DNA from: Candidatus Wolfebacteria bacterium
GTDB lineage: Bacteria > Patescibacteriota > Minisyncoccia > UBA6257 > UBA9933
Direction of reading: 5' to 3'
DNA length: 64,000 bases
Assembly: GCA_016214005.1 (NCBI GenBank)
Contig: JACRPK010000001.1
Coordinates: forward strand, 23,823-87,822
Shown: positions 10,797 through 20,106 of the stretch, piece by piece
How the letters are laid out: each line of letters starts with the position of its first letter
How positions within the stretch are numbered: the stretch's first letter is position 1
Made by a program: the position numbers and the translations under genes
Notes under the pieces: generated by a model
Database searches by the model: none
What the model was told of the DNA's origin: nothing
What the model saw: the letters and a program-made list of their open reading frames with translations, nothing else

Positions 10797-10832
10797 TCTT
10801 GACATAATTTAAAAGACAATTTAGTATTATTT
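10797..10832 (+). promoter_or_regulatory. candidate sigma70-type promoter (TTGACA-17-TAGTAT) upstream of 10837 gene
   Basis: TTGACA at 10797-10802, 17-nt spacer, TAGTAT -10-like hexamer, ~5 nt before ATG region. Confidence 0.3.
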
Positions 10833-10836
10833 ATAT

Positions 10837-11862
10837 ATGAATAATATCAATAAGGCAATTGAAAAATTTGTTGCTGTTCTTTCGGATAGGCAGCGCAATG
10901 TCATTGAAAAGCGTTTTGGGCTTAATGGAAAAGCTTTTACTTTGGCGGCTATCGGGAATCAATACGGCTTAACTAGAGAAAGGGTAAGACAAATTGAATC
11001 ATCGGCGCTGGATTTGATCAGAAAACAATTTGGCGATGATAAAGATTTTAAGCAAATTTTTAAGGTATGTTTTGATTTGTTGGAAAAAAATGGAGAAGTG
11101 ATGAGAGAAAAAGATTTTTTGGAAAAAGCGAAAGATGTTTTAAAAAATAACAGCCTCAGGGCGGAGCAAATTAAATTTATTTTTGAAATTGCCAAAAAGC
11201 CGTATTATCATATTGATGATAAAAATTTTTATAGTTTTTGGTATTTTGGAGAAAAGCAAATTGAATCCGCCTATGGATTTATTAAAAAAGTTGAGAAATT
11301 TTTCGCTGAAGAAAAAAAATCAGTCAGCCATAAAGAATTAGACAAGCACCTTGCGAAATTTGTAAAAACGTGCGGTCTTGGCGGGAATATCGCCTTAAAT
11401 TATATTGCCATTTCCAAGAAATTCTCAACAAACACTTACGGAGATTTTGGTTTGAGCAAATGGGATGAAATTAATCCGAAAACTGCCCGCGCCAAAGCTT
11501 TTTTAATTTTGAAAAAGCACGGCAAACCGCTTCATTTTAAAGAAATAAATAAAAAAATTAATGATTTGAAAATTGGCAAACGTTTGGCGCTTTTTCAGAC
11601 AATTCATAACGAACTTATTAAAGATCCGCGTTTTGTTTTGGTTGGCCGTGGCACTTACGGATTGGCTGATTTTGGTTTAAAGCCGGGATTTGCCAAAGAA
11701 GTAATTGCCAGAATTTTAAAAGAAAAAGGCCCGCTTAAAAAAGAACAAGTTATTGATCTGGTAAAACAGGAAAGATTTTTAAAAGAAAATACAATTTTAA
11801 TAAATCTTCAAAGTAAAAAACATTTTAAAAGATTGTCTGACGGAAGATATCATTTGGCATAA
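10837..11862 (+). CDS. sigma-70 region 4 (HTH) domain protein
   Basis: N-terminus RQRNVIEKRFGL…TLAAIGNQYGLTRERVRQIESSAL is a classic sigma70 r4.2 HTH; remainder lysine-rich, no other domain recognised. Confidence 0.5.
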   Translation: MNNINKAIEKFVAVLSDRQRNVIEKRFGLNGKAFTLAAIGNQYGLTRERVRQIESSALDLIRKQFGDDKDFKQIFKVCFDLLEKNGEVMREKDFLEKAKDVLKNNSLRAEQIKFIFEIAKKPYYHIDDKNFYSFWYFGEKQIESAYGFIKKVEKFFAEEKKSVSHKELDKHLAKFVKTCGLGGNIALNYIAISKKFSTNTYGDFGLSKWDEINPKTARAKAFLILKKHGKPLHFKEINKKINDLKIGKRLALFQTIHNELIKDPRFVLVGRGTYGLADFGLKPGFAKEVIARILKEKGPLKKEQVIDLVKQERFLKENTILINLQSKKHFKRLSDGRYHLA

Positions 11863-11871
11863 TCAGGCCTT

Positions 11872-13278
11872 ATGGCAACAACCACGGCAACAACCACTTT
11901 ATCGTCTTATTTTAACGGAGATTTAATTTTCTCAATTCTTTTTTGGGTGGTGATGATTGTTTTGGCGGCGGTTCTTTTTGAATTATTCCGCCAGACATTT
12001 CTTTTTTACAAACAATCGCTTTTCAAAAAATCAATTGAATGGACAATTTTAGAAATTAAAATTCCGCGCGATATCCAAAAGACTCCTTTGGCAATGGAGC
12101 AGTTTTTAATAAATCTTCACGGGATGAGAAATTCGCCAAACGATGTTTTTGAAGAATATTTAGAGGGACAGATAACTTTGTGGTGGAGTTTGGAAGTCGT
12201 GAGTTTTAGCGGCAAAGTTCATTTTTATTTAAGAACCCCCAAGAGACATAAAAAACTTGTTGAGGCGGCAATGTACGCTCAATATCCGAGCGTGGAATTG
12301 GTAGAAATTGAAGACTATCTTAATAAATTTCCAGTTGAAACTAAAGATATTTATGAAAGTAATGAAAGTATTTTTGGCGGCGAGCTTATTTTGGACAAAG
12401 ACGATTTTTATCCGATTAAAACTTACAAGGCTTTTGAATTGTCAAAAGAAGAGCTCGCTATTGATCCGGTTTCTGCCTTGATTGAAGTTTTAGGAAGTCT
12501 TGACAAAGATGAAAATTTTTTCTTGCAATTTTTAATCGAGCCCGCCAGCAATGATTGGAAAAAAGAAGCTGAAAGTTTTTTGAAAAAATTGATTAAGGGC
12601 GGCGGAAAAATTGGCGGAAGCGGCGGTGGTGGAGAAAGCAAAGGCGGCAGGGGATTTCATGACTATTTAATGGAATGGAGCAGAAATATTGCCATGGCGC
12701 CGGCTCATTATCCAAAATGGAAAGATGCGCCCGATAAAGCCGGCAAAGAGGGGAAAAAAGAAGAAAAGAAGACCGAGGAATTGCCAAAAGAAAAAACAGA
12801 ACCCATTAAAGATAAGATACTGAGTCCGGGTTTTAATGTATTGGTGCGTTTTATTTATCTTGCCCCAAATTCAGCATTTAATATCGGCGTAGGATTACGA
12901 GGAATAAGAAGCGCCCTAAACCAATACACTACCCACGAAACAAACGCTTTCAAACAAAATATTAATGTTTGGCCGCTTTTAAAATGGCATAAGTTTCCTT
13001 ATTTTTTTCTTGATAATAGAATTGAAGCGAGAAAGCAGCGCCTTTGGCATAATTTCAGAGAAAGAGTTTTGCCGGAAAAAATTCCGTTCGGTAAATTTTT
13101 TACTTCCAGTATTTTTAATTTTAACAATAAATCAAAAACTTTTATTTTAAACACCGTTGAATTGGCAACGATTTTCCATATTCCAAGCGAAAAAGTTTTA
13201 ACTTCGCCGCATATTGAAACCCTATCAAGCAAGCGAATGGGTCCTCCGGCAGGTCTGCCTATTTTTGAAGAAGAATAG
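11872..13278 (+). CDS. hypothetical membrane-anchored protein with Gly-rich segment
   Basis: 468 aa, N-terminal TM (LIFSILFWVVMIVLAAVLF), internal GGGKIGGSGGGGESKGGRG tract; good coding periodicity, no family assignable. Confidence 0.5.
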   Translation: MATTTATTTLSSYFNGDLIFSILFWVVMIVLAAVLFELFRQTFLFYKQSLFKKSIEWTILEIKIPRDIQKTPLAMEQFLINLHGMRNSPNDVFEEYLEGQITLWWSLEVVSFSGKVHFYLRTPKRHKKLVEAAMYAQYPSVELVEIEDYLNKFPVETKDIYESNESIFGGELILDKDDFYPIKTYKAFELSKEELAIDPVSALIEVLGSLDKDENFFLQFLIEPASNDWKKEAESFLKKLIKGGGKIGGSGGGGESKGGRGFHDYLMEWSRNIAMAPAHYPKWKDAPDKAGKEGKKEEKKTEELPKEKTEPIKDKILSPGFNVLVRFIYLAPNSAFNIGVGLRGIRSALNQYTTHETNAFKQNINVWPLLKWHKFPYFFLDNRIEARKQRLWHNFRERVLPEKIPFGKFFTSSIFNFNNKSKTFILNTVELATIFHIPSEKVLTSPHIETLSSKRMGPPAGLPIFEEE

Positions 13279-13298
13279 AAATTTGCTATAATTTATTA

Positions 13299-14678
13299 AT
13301 GGCAATAATTTCTAATCTTAAAGATTTAGCGAAAAATTCTCTTCGCGAAAAAGCGCTTGAAATAGCCGAAGCCGGTTATGAAGCGATTGATATAGAACAA
13401 TCAATCAAAAGCAGGATTAGAATTGAAAATAATTTTTTAAAAATCACGACTCATCCTGCTATCACCAGTGATAGCAGCGGAAAATTGCAACAAAAAGAAT
13501 TTATAGAAATAAATTTTAATAATTTCAAAAGAATTTTTCTTGTCGGTATCGGCAAGGGGTCGGCGTTTGCGAGCGCGATGCTTGCAAAAATTTTAGGGGA
13601 TAAATTGACCGGTGGAATTGTTTTGGATAAAGAAAATAATAATGATGAATACAGGCAAATATTGAGATCGTTTGAATCTTTGCCATTACAAATTTTTGAA
13701 GGCACACATCCGTATCCTTCTTTAAAAAATCTTGAAGCAACTAGAAAAATTGTTGAATTGGCGGAAAGCCTTGATGAAAATGATTTATTGATCAATTTTA
13801 TTTGCGGCGGCGGTTCGGCTTTGGCTTGCGCCACCGAAGAAGAGCTTACAGGCTCGCAAGTGGCGATAAAATCTTTGACAAAAGCCGGAGCTAATATTGT
13901 TGAGCTTAACACCTTAAGAAAGCATCTTTCTAAAATTAAAGGCGGCGGACTCGCGAAAATGGCTTGTCCGGCAAGAGTTGTTTCTTTGATTGTGTCAGAT
14001 GTTTGCGGCAATGATTTGTCGGTTGTGTCTTCTGGCCCGACGGTTTTTGACAAAACAACCAAAGAAGACGCGGAAGATATTTTAAAAAAATACGGGCTAG
14101 ACATAAAAGATTTTCATCTGTATGAAACGCCGAAAGAAAAAGAGTGTTTTGAAAAAGTTAAAAATATTCTTTTTGTTTGTAATCAAGATGCGATAATGGC
14201 AATGGCGCAAAAAGCCGAAGAATTTGGTTTTAGCGGTCGGATTTATTCTTTGGCGCTCGAAGGAGAAGCAATGAATGTGATTTATCCGATGATAAAAGAA
14301 ATAAAAAATAACGAAGCGCTTTTGACCGCTGGTGAAACAACGGTTAATTTGAAAAATCGGCCACCCGGCAAAGGAGGCAGAAATATGGAAGCAGTTTTGG
14401 GCGCATTGGTAAAGCTGCAAACTATGGATGATGATGGAGCTAATTTAGTTTTTATGTCTTTTGCAAGCGATGCCAGCGACAATACGGAAGCCGCGGGAGC
14501 TATTGGAGATTCTTTGACTTTAAAAAAAGCAAAAGAATTTAGCATGGATCCGGAAAAATTTTTATATGACAATCAAGCTTTCGCTTTTTTTGAAAAAACC
14601 GGAGATTTAATTTTTGCTGAAAAAAAATGTTTTAATGTAGCAGATTTGATGCTTGCCTTGAAGGCATCGAAGGAATAG
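13299..14678 (+). CDS. glycerate kinase (MOFRL/TtuD family, glycerate 2-kinase-like)
   Basis: Motifs LINFICGGGSALA…, IKGGGLAKMA, C-terminal MOFRL-like region. Confidence 0.7.
   Translation: MAIISNLKDLAKNSLREKALEIAEAGYEAIDIEQSIKSRIRIENNFLKITTHPAITSDSSGKLQQKEFIEINFNNFKRIFLVGIGKGSAFASAMLAKILGDKLTGGIVLDKENNNDEYRQILRSFESLPLQIFEGTHPYPSLKNLEATRKIVELAESLDENDLLINFICGGGSALACATEEELTGSQVAIKSLTKAGANIVELNTLRKHLSKIKGGGLAKMACPARVVSLIVSDVCGNDLSVVSSGPTVFDKTTKEDAEDILKKYGLDIKDFHLYETPKEKECFEKVKNILFVCNQDAIMAMAQKAEEFGFSGRIYSLALEGEAMNVIYPMIKEIKNNEALLTAGETTVNLKNRPPGKGGRNMEAVLGALVKLQTMDDDGANLVFMSFASDASDNTEAAGAIGDSLTLKKAKEFSMDPEKFLYDNQAFAFFEKTGDLIFAEKKCFNVADLMLALKASKE
13457..13476. repeat. 20-bp palindrome TGCTATCACCAGTGATAGCA (copy inside glycerate kinase CDS)
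   Basis: Exact reverse complement of the element at 17916-17935; encodes AITSDS in frame. Confidence 0.5.
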
Positions 14679-14687
14679 TATTAAAAA

Positions 14688-17090
14688 ATGAATAAAATTT
14701 TTATTAAAAAACTTAGCGAAGTTGGTATTGAAGATGTAGGCGAGGTCGGCGGGAAAAATGCCAGCCTTGGCGAAATGATCCAAAACTTAATTCCTCGGGG
14801 GGTAAAAATTCCTGGCGGATTTGTGATTACTGCTGAAGCTTATCGTTATTTTTTGGAAGAAACCGGATTAAAAATTTTTATTAAAGAAACTTTAAAAGGT
14901 TTAGATACAAAAAATTTAAAAGATTTGGCAAGGCGGGGGAAGCTAGTAAGAGAAACAATTAAAAAAGCGGAATTTCCAGATGATCTAAAAAATGCGATTG
15001 TAAAAGCTTATCAGGAAATGGAAAAAGAATATGGTAAAAATGTTGATATTGCCGTGCGTTCCAGCGCCACTGCCGAAGATTTGCCGGGGGCAAGTTTTGC
15101 CGGAGAGCATGAAACTTATTTGAATATTCGCGGCGCTGAAGGCGTTTTAGCGGCCAGTCGGGCGGCAATGGCGAGCCTTTTTACCAATCGGGCGATCTCT
15201 TACCGCGTTGACAAGGGATTTGATCATTTCAAAATTGCTCTTTCTGTTGGCGCGCAAAAAATGGTGCGCTCTGATTTAAGCTGTTCGGGCGTGATGTTCA
15301 CGCTTGATACGGAATCAGGTTTTCGCGATGCGGTTTTAATAAACGGCTCTTGTGGTTTAGGAGAAATGATTGTGCAGGGCGAAATAACGCCGGACGAATT
15401 TTTAGTTTTCAAAAAAACTTTAGGGAAATTTCCAAACGCAATAATCAGCAAAAAATTAGGAAATAAAAACAGAAAAATGATTTATGGCGCGGCTATTGGC
15501 GCGAATATAAAAACCACAAAAATAATCAATTCTTCAAAAAAAGAAAACGAATCTTTTGTTTTATCGGACAAAGAAATTTTGCAATTGGCAAAATGGGGAG
15601 TTTTGATTGAAGAGCATTATTCAAAAAAATATAAAAAATGGACGCCGATGGATATGGAATGGGCAAAAGACGGCAAAACAGGAGAGCTTTTTATTGTTCA
15701 GGCGCGGCCGGAGACAGTTCACGCTTTGCGGGATTTTTCAAAAATTAAAGAATATCAGCTTTCTGGCAAGGCAGATGAAATTGTAAAAGGCGCGTCAGTT
15801 GGCAATAAAATCGCGACAGGAAAAGCGCGGGTGATTTTGGACGCGAAAAATGTCGGTCAATTCAAGGCCGGAGAAATTTTAATAACCGATATGACTGATC
15901 CGGATTGGGAGCCGATTATGAAAATCGCTTCAGCGATTATCACTGATAAAGGCGGAAGAACAAGTCATGCCGCAATTGTAAGCCGGGAGCTTGGGATTCC
16001 CTGCATTGTTGGTAGCGAGAACGCCACTAAAAAAATAAAAACTGGGCAGATGATTACGGTTGATACCACCGGCGCCGAGGGTTTTGTTTATGATGGAGCT
16101 TTGAAATTTAAAGTTATTGATCATGATGTTAAAAAAATGCCGAAGCCGAAGACTAAAATAATGATGAATCTTGCCACTCCGGATACGGCTTTTGAAAAAT
16201 CATTTTTGCCAAATGACGGCGTTGGTTTGGCGAGGGAAGAATTCATTATTGCCGGCGATATTGGCATTCACCCGAACGCTCTTATAAATTACGCTAAAAT
16301 ACCGCCAAAAATAAAATCTCAAATTGATAAAAAAACTATCGGCTATCAAAATAAAAATCAATTTTATGTTGATAAATTATCTTATGGCATCGCAAAAATC
16401 GCGGCTGCGTTTTATCCAAAGCCGGTGATTGTGCGGTTTTCAGATTTTAAAACCAATGAATATAAAACTCTTTTGGGAGGCGAATTTTATGAACCGGCTG
16501 AAGAAAATCCGATGATCGGTTGGCGCGGCGCGTCCCGTTATTATCATCCGAATTTTAAAGACGCGTTTATTTTGGAGTTGAAAGCCATTAAAAAAGTTCG
16601 CGAACAAATGGGTTTGGATAATGTCGTTGTAATGGTGCCGTTTTGCCGCACGGCCGAAGAAGGCAGAAAAGTCATAAAAATTATGGAAGAAAATGGGTTA
16701 AGCCGCAAAAGTGGATTAAAAGTTTATGTAATGTGTGAGATTCCTTCCAACGTAATTTTGGCTGACAAATTTTTGGATATTTTTGACGGGATGAGCATCG
16801 GTTCAAATGATTTAACCCAGCTCACTATCGGCATCGATAGGGATGCCAGCGAGTTGGTGCGCGGCGTTGCCAATGAAAAAGATGAATCAGTTAAAAAGTT
16901 AATTTCTGAAGTCATTAAAAAATGCAAAGCCCGCAAAAAATATATCGGAATTTGCGGCCAGGCGCCTTCTGATTATCCTGATTTCGCTGAATTTTTAGTT
17001 GAAGAGGGGATTGAAAGCATGTCTTTAAATCCGGATACAATTATTAAAACCACTTTGGCAGTTGCGAAAAAAGAGAAAAATAAAAAATAA
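14688..17090 (+). CDS. ppsA: phosphoenolpyruvate synthase (pyruvate, water dikinase)
   Basis: 800 aa; N-terminal ATP-grasp VGGKNASLGEM, phospho-His mobile domain GGRTSHAAIVSRELGIPCIVG, C-terminal PEP-utilising domain. Confidence 0.85.
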   Translation: MNKIFIKKLSEVGIEDVGEVGGKNASLGEMIQNLIPRGVKIPGGFVITAEAYRYFLEETGLKIFIKETLKGLDTKNLKDLARRGKLVRETIKKAEFPDDLKNAIVKAYQEMEKEYGKNVDIAVRSSATAEDLPGASFAGEHETYLNIRGAEGVLAASRAAMASLFTNRAISYRVDKGFDHFKIALSVGAQKMVRSDLSCSGVMFTLDTESGFRDAVLINGSCGLGEMIVQGEITPDEFLVFKKTLGKFPNAIISKKLGNKNRKMIYGAAIGANIKTTKIINSSKKENESFVLSDKEILQLAKWGVLIEEHYSKKYKKWTPMDMEWAKDGKTGELFIVQARPETVHALRDFSKIKEYQLSGKADEIVKGASVGNKIATGKARVILDAKNVGQFKAGEILITDMTDPDWEPIMKIASAIITDKGGRTSHAAIVSRELGIPCIVGSENATKKIKTGQMITVDTTGAEGFVYDGALKFKVIDHDVKKMPKPKTKIMMNLATPDTAFEKSFLPNDGVGLAREEFIIAGDIGIHPNALINYAKIPPKIKSQIDKKTIGYQNKNQFYVDKLSYGIAKIAAAFYPKPVIVRFSDFKTNEYKTLLGGEFYEPAEENPMIGWRGASRYYHPNFKDAFILELKAIKKVREQMGLDNVVVMVPFCRTAEEGRKVIKIMEENGLSRKSGLKVYVMCEIPSNVILADKFLDIFDGMSIGSNDLTQLTIGIDRDASELVRGVANEKDESVKKLISEVIKKCKARKKYIGICGQAPSDYPDFAEFLVEEGIESMSLNPDTIIKTTLAVAKKEKNKK

Positions 17091-17118
17091 ACAAAAATGA
17101 CACAATCTATTTTTGGGT

Positions 17119-17883
17119 TTATTTTACAAATTTTCTCATTATCATTGAGACAATAAAAATTCCGGCGCTGATTAAAATGAAAACCGGACCGGGCGAAAGA
17201 TTATAAATTTGAGAAAAATAAATTCCCAAAATTGCGGCCAAAACTCCGAAAATCACGCTTAAGCTCATAAACGAATTAAGGTTTTTGGCGATATTTTTTG
17301 CCGAAGCCGCCGGAATAATCACAAGCGATCCCATTAAAAGCGCGCCAACAAATCTTATGCCAAGCGCCACTGCCAGCGCGAAAATCAAAAGATAAACAAG
17401 TTCTAATTGCTTATTCTCTATGCCGATTGATTGCGATAATTCCTGAGAAACCATATTAAGCGCTAGTTTCTTTCGGATTTTTAAAATTACGGCGATAAGA
17501 AAAATTGAAAGAATTATTGAAACAATTGATTCTTGTCGGCTTATGGTTGTAATATTTCCAAGCATGGCTTCTAAAAGTTCGTGGTCAGGGGTGATTATGG
17601 CTCCCAAAGCAAGGCTGGCGGCGAAAAACACTCCGACAATTGTTTCAATGGAAAGTTTGCTTTGATATTCCACGAGCCAAATTCCGAAAACCGCGACAGC
17701 TAAAAATGCGATTGCTCCCAAAAACGGATTAAAGTGAAAAATCAAAGCCAAAGCGATGCCTGGCAAAGCAACATGGGAAAGCGCGTCGCCAACCAAAGCC
17801 ATTCTTTTTAAAATTGCAAAAGAACCTAGAAGGCTGGCGGCCGCGGAAACGAATATTGCCGTAATGATTTGTTGAAATTCCAT
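17119..17883 (-). CDS. metal (Zn/Mn) ABC transporter permease, ABC-3 family
   Basis: 8-9 TM protein with ZnuB/MntB-like sequence (ALVGDALSHVALPGIALA). Confidence 0.8.
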   Translation of the reverse strand: MEFQQIITAIFVSAAASLLGSFAILKRMALVGDALSHVALPGIALALIFHFNPFLGAIAFLAVAVFGIWLVEYQSKLSIETIVGVFFAASLALGAIITPDHELLEAMLGNITTISRQESIVSIILSIFLIAVILKIRKKLALNMVSQELSQSIGIENKQLELVYLLIFALAVALGIRFVGALLMGSLVIIPAASAKNIAKNLNSFMSLSVIFGVLAAILGIYFSQIYNLSPGPVFILISAGIFIVSMIMRKFVK

Positions 17884-17913
17884 AATAAATTTTATTTAAT
17901 ATTTTATATTTTT

Positions 17914-17937
17914 CTTGCTATCACTGGTGATAGCAAG
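17914..17937. promoter_or_regulatory. perfect palindrome CTTGCTATCAC-TG-GTGATAGCAAG in znuC-znuB intergenic gap (candidate operator)
   Basis: 11-bp arms, 2-nt centre; second copy at 13457-13476. Confidence 0.35.
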
Positions 17938-17964
17938 ATTATTTATTGATTTTAGTTTTAAATT

Positions 17965-18666
17965 TTAATGATGGTGATCGTGATGATAAAATGCTTTTTC
18001 GCCGCCGTAAAGTTCCAATAAATTTTCAGTATTTAAAATTTCTTTCGGCGAACCTTCACAGATTTTTTTGCGGTTTAAGCATATTGCTTTATGAGCATAG
18101 CGGAAAACGACATTCAAATCATGGGAAATTAAAATTATAGAGAGATTCAAATCGCGGTGAAGTTTGTGGAGCATTTTATAAATTGATTCCTGTCCGGCGA
18201 TGTCTATGTCAGCGGTCGGTTCGTCAAAAAGAAGAACTTGCGGATTTCCCAAAATCGCCCAAGCTACCAGAATTCTTTGGCGTTGGCCGATGGAAATTTC
18301 GCCAAATCCGGATTTTAAAATTTTTTCATCAAGCTGCACGGCTTTTATCGCTTCTTTGATTTTTTGTTTTGATGAATCACCTGATAAATTTAAAAATTCT
18401 TCAACCGAAAGGGGAATATCAGTTTCAATATCCATGCGCTGGGGGACATAACCGATTTTGATTTTTTCGCCGTAGATTTTATTCCATTTGATTTCGCCTT
18501 GATAATCAATCAGCCCGAGCAGGGATTTTAATAAAATCGTTTTGCCGGCGCCGTTTGGTCCGATAATCGCCAAAATTTCTCCTCTTTCAACTTCGAAATT
18601 AATGTCGTTTAAAATATGAATTCCATTGATTTCAACATTAAGGTTTTTTACTTCCAAAATTTTCAT
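17965..18666 (-). CDS. metal ABC transporter ATP-binding protein (ZnuC-like)
   Basis: Walker A GPNGAGKT, signature/Walker B LLFDEPTADID, His-rich tail YHHDHHH typical of Zn-uptake ATPases. Confidence 0.85.
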   Translation of the reverse strand: MKILEVKNLNVEINGIHILNDINFEVERGEILAIIGPNGAGKTILLKSLLGLIDYQGEIKWNKIYGEKIKIGYVPQRMDIETDIPLSVEEFLNLSGDSSKQKIKEAIKAVQLDEKILKSGFGEISIGQRQRILVAWAILGNPQVLLFDEPTADIDIAGQESIYKMLHKLHRDLNLSIILISHDLNVVFRYAHKAICLNRKKICEGSPKEILNTENLLELYGGEKAFYHHDHHH

Positions 18667-18744
18667 TATTGAATTATAAGCGAAAGTGTTGAAAAAATAA
18701 ATCTTGTTTGGTAAAATATCATTGTCTTTGATAATTTAATATAT

Positions 18745-18820
18745 TCCGCGATAGCTCAGTTGGTAGAGCGCCTCGCTGTTAACGAGGATGTCCCAGGTTC
18801 GAGCCCTGGTCGCGGAGCCA
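18745..18820 (+). tRNA. tRNA-Asn (anticodon GTT), CCA encoded
   Basis: Cloverleaf: acceptor TCCGCGA/TCGCGGA, D-arm TAGCTCAGTTGGTAGAGC, anticodon stem CCTCG/CGAGG with loop CTGTTAA, T-arm GGTTCGAGCC, 3' GCCA. Confidence 0.9.
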
Positions 18821-19036
18821 ATAAATTAGATACGAACTCCGTTTTTGAAGATGAGAGTTCGTTGCGTTCAATTCTGCTACGTATTTAGAACACTCTCAAA
18901 CTTTTGACATCATTTTACCGAATTTAATCCACAAATCTAAGAAACGAAATTTGAAATGATGCGCCCCGCCACTATTTTTCTGGGGCAAAGGAGGCGGGAC
19001 GATGGACTCGCCCGCGCGGAGGAGGGATCTGGGGAG

Positions 19037-19059
19037 CCTGCCTGCCGGCAGGCAGGGAA
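19037..19059. repeat. GC-rich palindromic element CCTGCCTGCCGGCAGGCAGGgaa (copy 1)
   Basis: 20-bp perfect palindrome embedded in a ~120-bp GC-rich structured patch (also 9-bp IR GCCCGCGCG/CGCGCGGGC) ending in a U-tract; 22-nt core identical to 43215-43236. Confidence 0.5.
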
Positions 19060-19140
19060 TTCGCGCGGGCCTCGGCTTTCTTTTTTGAAAAAATTGGCAG
19101 CTACAAAATCAGAAACCATTCTCTCGGCCAACACTTATAG

Positions 19141-19258
19141 CCCATACAACGGCGAGGAAGAGGTTAATCATCGTGATCCGAAAGAAATTTTGGGGGAGAT
19201 TGAAAGCGGCGAGAAGAAACTTAAAATAGCACTGGATAAAGTAAATAAGTTGCTGTAA
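19141..19258 (+). repeat. ~115-bp diverged direct repeat, copy A (peptide-coding-like …NGEEEVNHRDPKEILGEIESGEKKLKIALDKVNKLL*)
   Basis: Aligns (~65% nt) with 20430-20547, which lies immediately after the TA module. Confidence 0.45.
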
Positions 19259-19277
19259 AGTATTCCTACTTATCCGC

Positions 19278-19312
19278 TTGACAAGATTTCTTTACTGGAA
19301 TAGTATAGTAAT
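19278..19312 (+). promoter_or_regulatory. candidate promoter TTGACA-17-TAGTAT/TATAGT upstream of XRE-family gene
   Basis: cTTGACAagatttctttactggaaTAGTATAGTaatatATG. Confidence 0.4.
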
Positions 19313-19314
19313 AT

Positions 19315-20106
19315 ATGGTTAATAATTTACATAAAAAACTAAAGTTACTTCGCGAGCAAAAGGGATTTTCGCAGGAACAAATCGCGACAGAACTTAATAT
19401 TTCTCGCCCCACCTATATGCAGATTGAAAAAGGTGAGCGAGAACTCACTATTTCCGAGGCGAAAAAATTGGCCGGTGTTTTTGACATGTCTTTAGAAGAC
19501 TTTCTCGCCGGCAAAGAAAGCGTGAATCCTGTTATAACCATTCAAGGAAGAAAAGAGAAAGAACGAAAAAGCACGAACGAAATTCGCATCAATATCCCTC
19601 AAGAAAAAGCCAATAAGTTTGAGCAAGTTCTTTTATACATTCTTGCGAAGATCGGCGGCAAGCCCAATATCGGTCAAACAGTACTCTATAAACTTTTATA
19701 CTTTATAGATTTTGATTACTACGAAAAATTTGAGGAACAATTGATTGGCGCAAAGTATATGAAAAATACGAATGGGCCCACCCCCATCATGTTTGCCAAG
19801 ATTATTGATCATTTAGAAAAAGATCAAAAAGTAGAAAAGGTAAGAAGCAAATTCTACAAATACGAACAAACCAAGTATCTCGTAAATCCGGACATACCAC
19901 TTGAACTGTCGGCTCTTTCGGCGCAAGAGCTGGCGCATATTGACTGGGAGATTGCTCGGCTTGGAGATATGACTGCAACGCAAATTTCAGCGCTATCTCA
20001 CATTGATACGCCGTGGGTCGCGGCCACCGATAGAGAACCGCTGGAGTATGAGCATGTTTTCTATCGTCCGGAAGAAACCTCCGTCAGACAGTATGAGGAA
20101 ATTTGA
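19315..20106 (+). CDS. XRE-family HTH fused to Panacea/SocA-like (DUF4065) antitoxin domain
   Basis: N-terminus LKLLREQKGFSQEQIATELNISRPTYMQIEKGER (Cro/C1 HTH); C-terminal half KLLYFIDFDYYEKFEEQLIGAKYMK… resembles SocA/Panacea antitoxin domain. Confidence 0.6.
   Translation: MVNNLHKKLKLLREQKGFSQEQIATELNISRPTYMQIEKGERELTISEAKKLAGVFDMSLEDFLAGKESVNPVITIQGRKEKERKSTNEIRINIPQEKANKFEQVLLYILAKIGGKPNIGQTVLYKLLYFIDFDYYEKFEEQLIGAKYMKNTNGPTPIMFAKIIDHLEKDQKVEKVRSKFYKYEQTKYLVNPDIPLELSALSAQELAHIDWEIARLGDMTATQISALSHIDTPWVAATDREPLEYEHVFYRPEETSVRQYEEI

Noticed and set aside
13451-14104. 217-aa minus-strand ORF inside glycerate kinase; similar antisense ORFs 25032-25583(-), 27099-27704(-), 51859-52425(-), 58394-58768(-), 41405-41854(-)
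   Set aside because: Antisense to well-supported genes with recognisable domains; no family resemblance.
17916-17935. Reading the TATCAC…GTGATA palindrome as a phage-lambda-type operator implying a prophage
   Set aside because: Half-site resemblance only; no cI/Cro-like repressor adjacent and no other phage genes.
18821-19140. Calling the GC-rich structured patch after tRNA-Asn as tmRNA, RNase P RNA or SRP RNA
   Set aside because: None of the conserved motifs (tmRNA tRNA-like 3' end and tag ORF, RNase P P4 GGAAAGTCCGG, SRP domain IV) could be matched by eye; left as an unclassified structured repeat.
18956-19258. 100-aa plus-strand ORF through the GC-rich element after tRNA-Asn
   Set aside because: 5' two-thirds is translation of a palindromic GC-rich non-coding element; only the 3' tail (repeat copy A) looks peptide-like. 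Treated as a repeat, possibly a tiny gene remnant.
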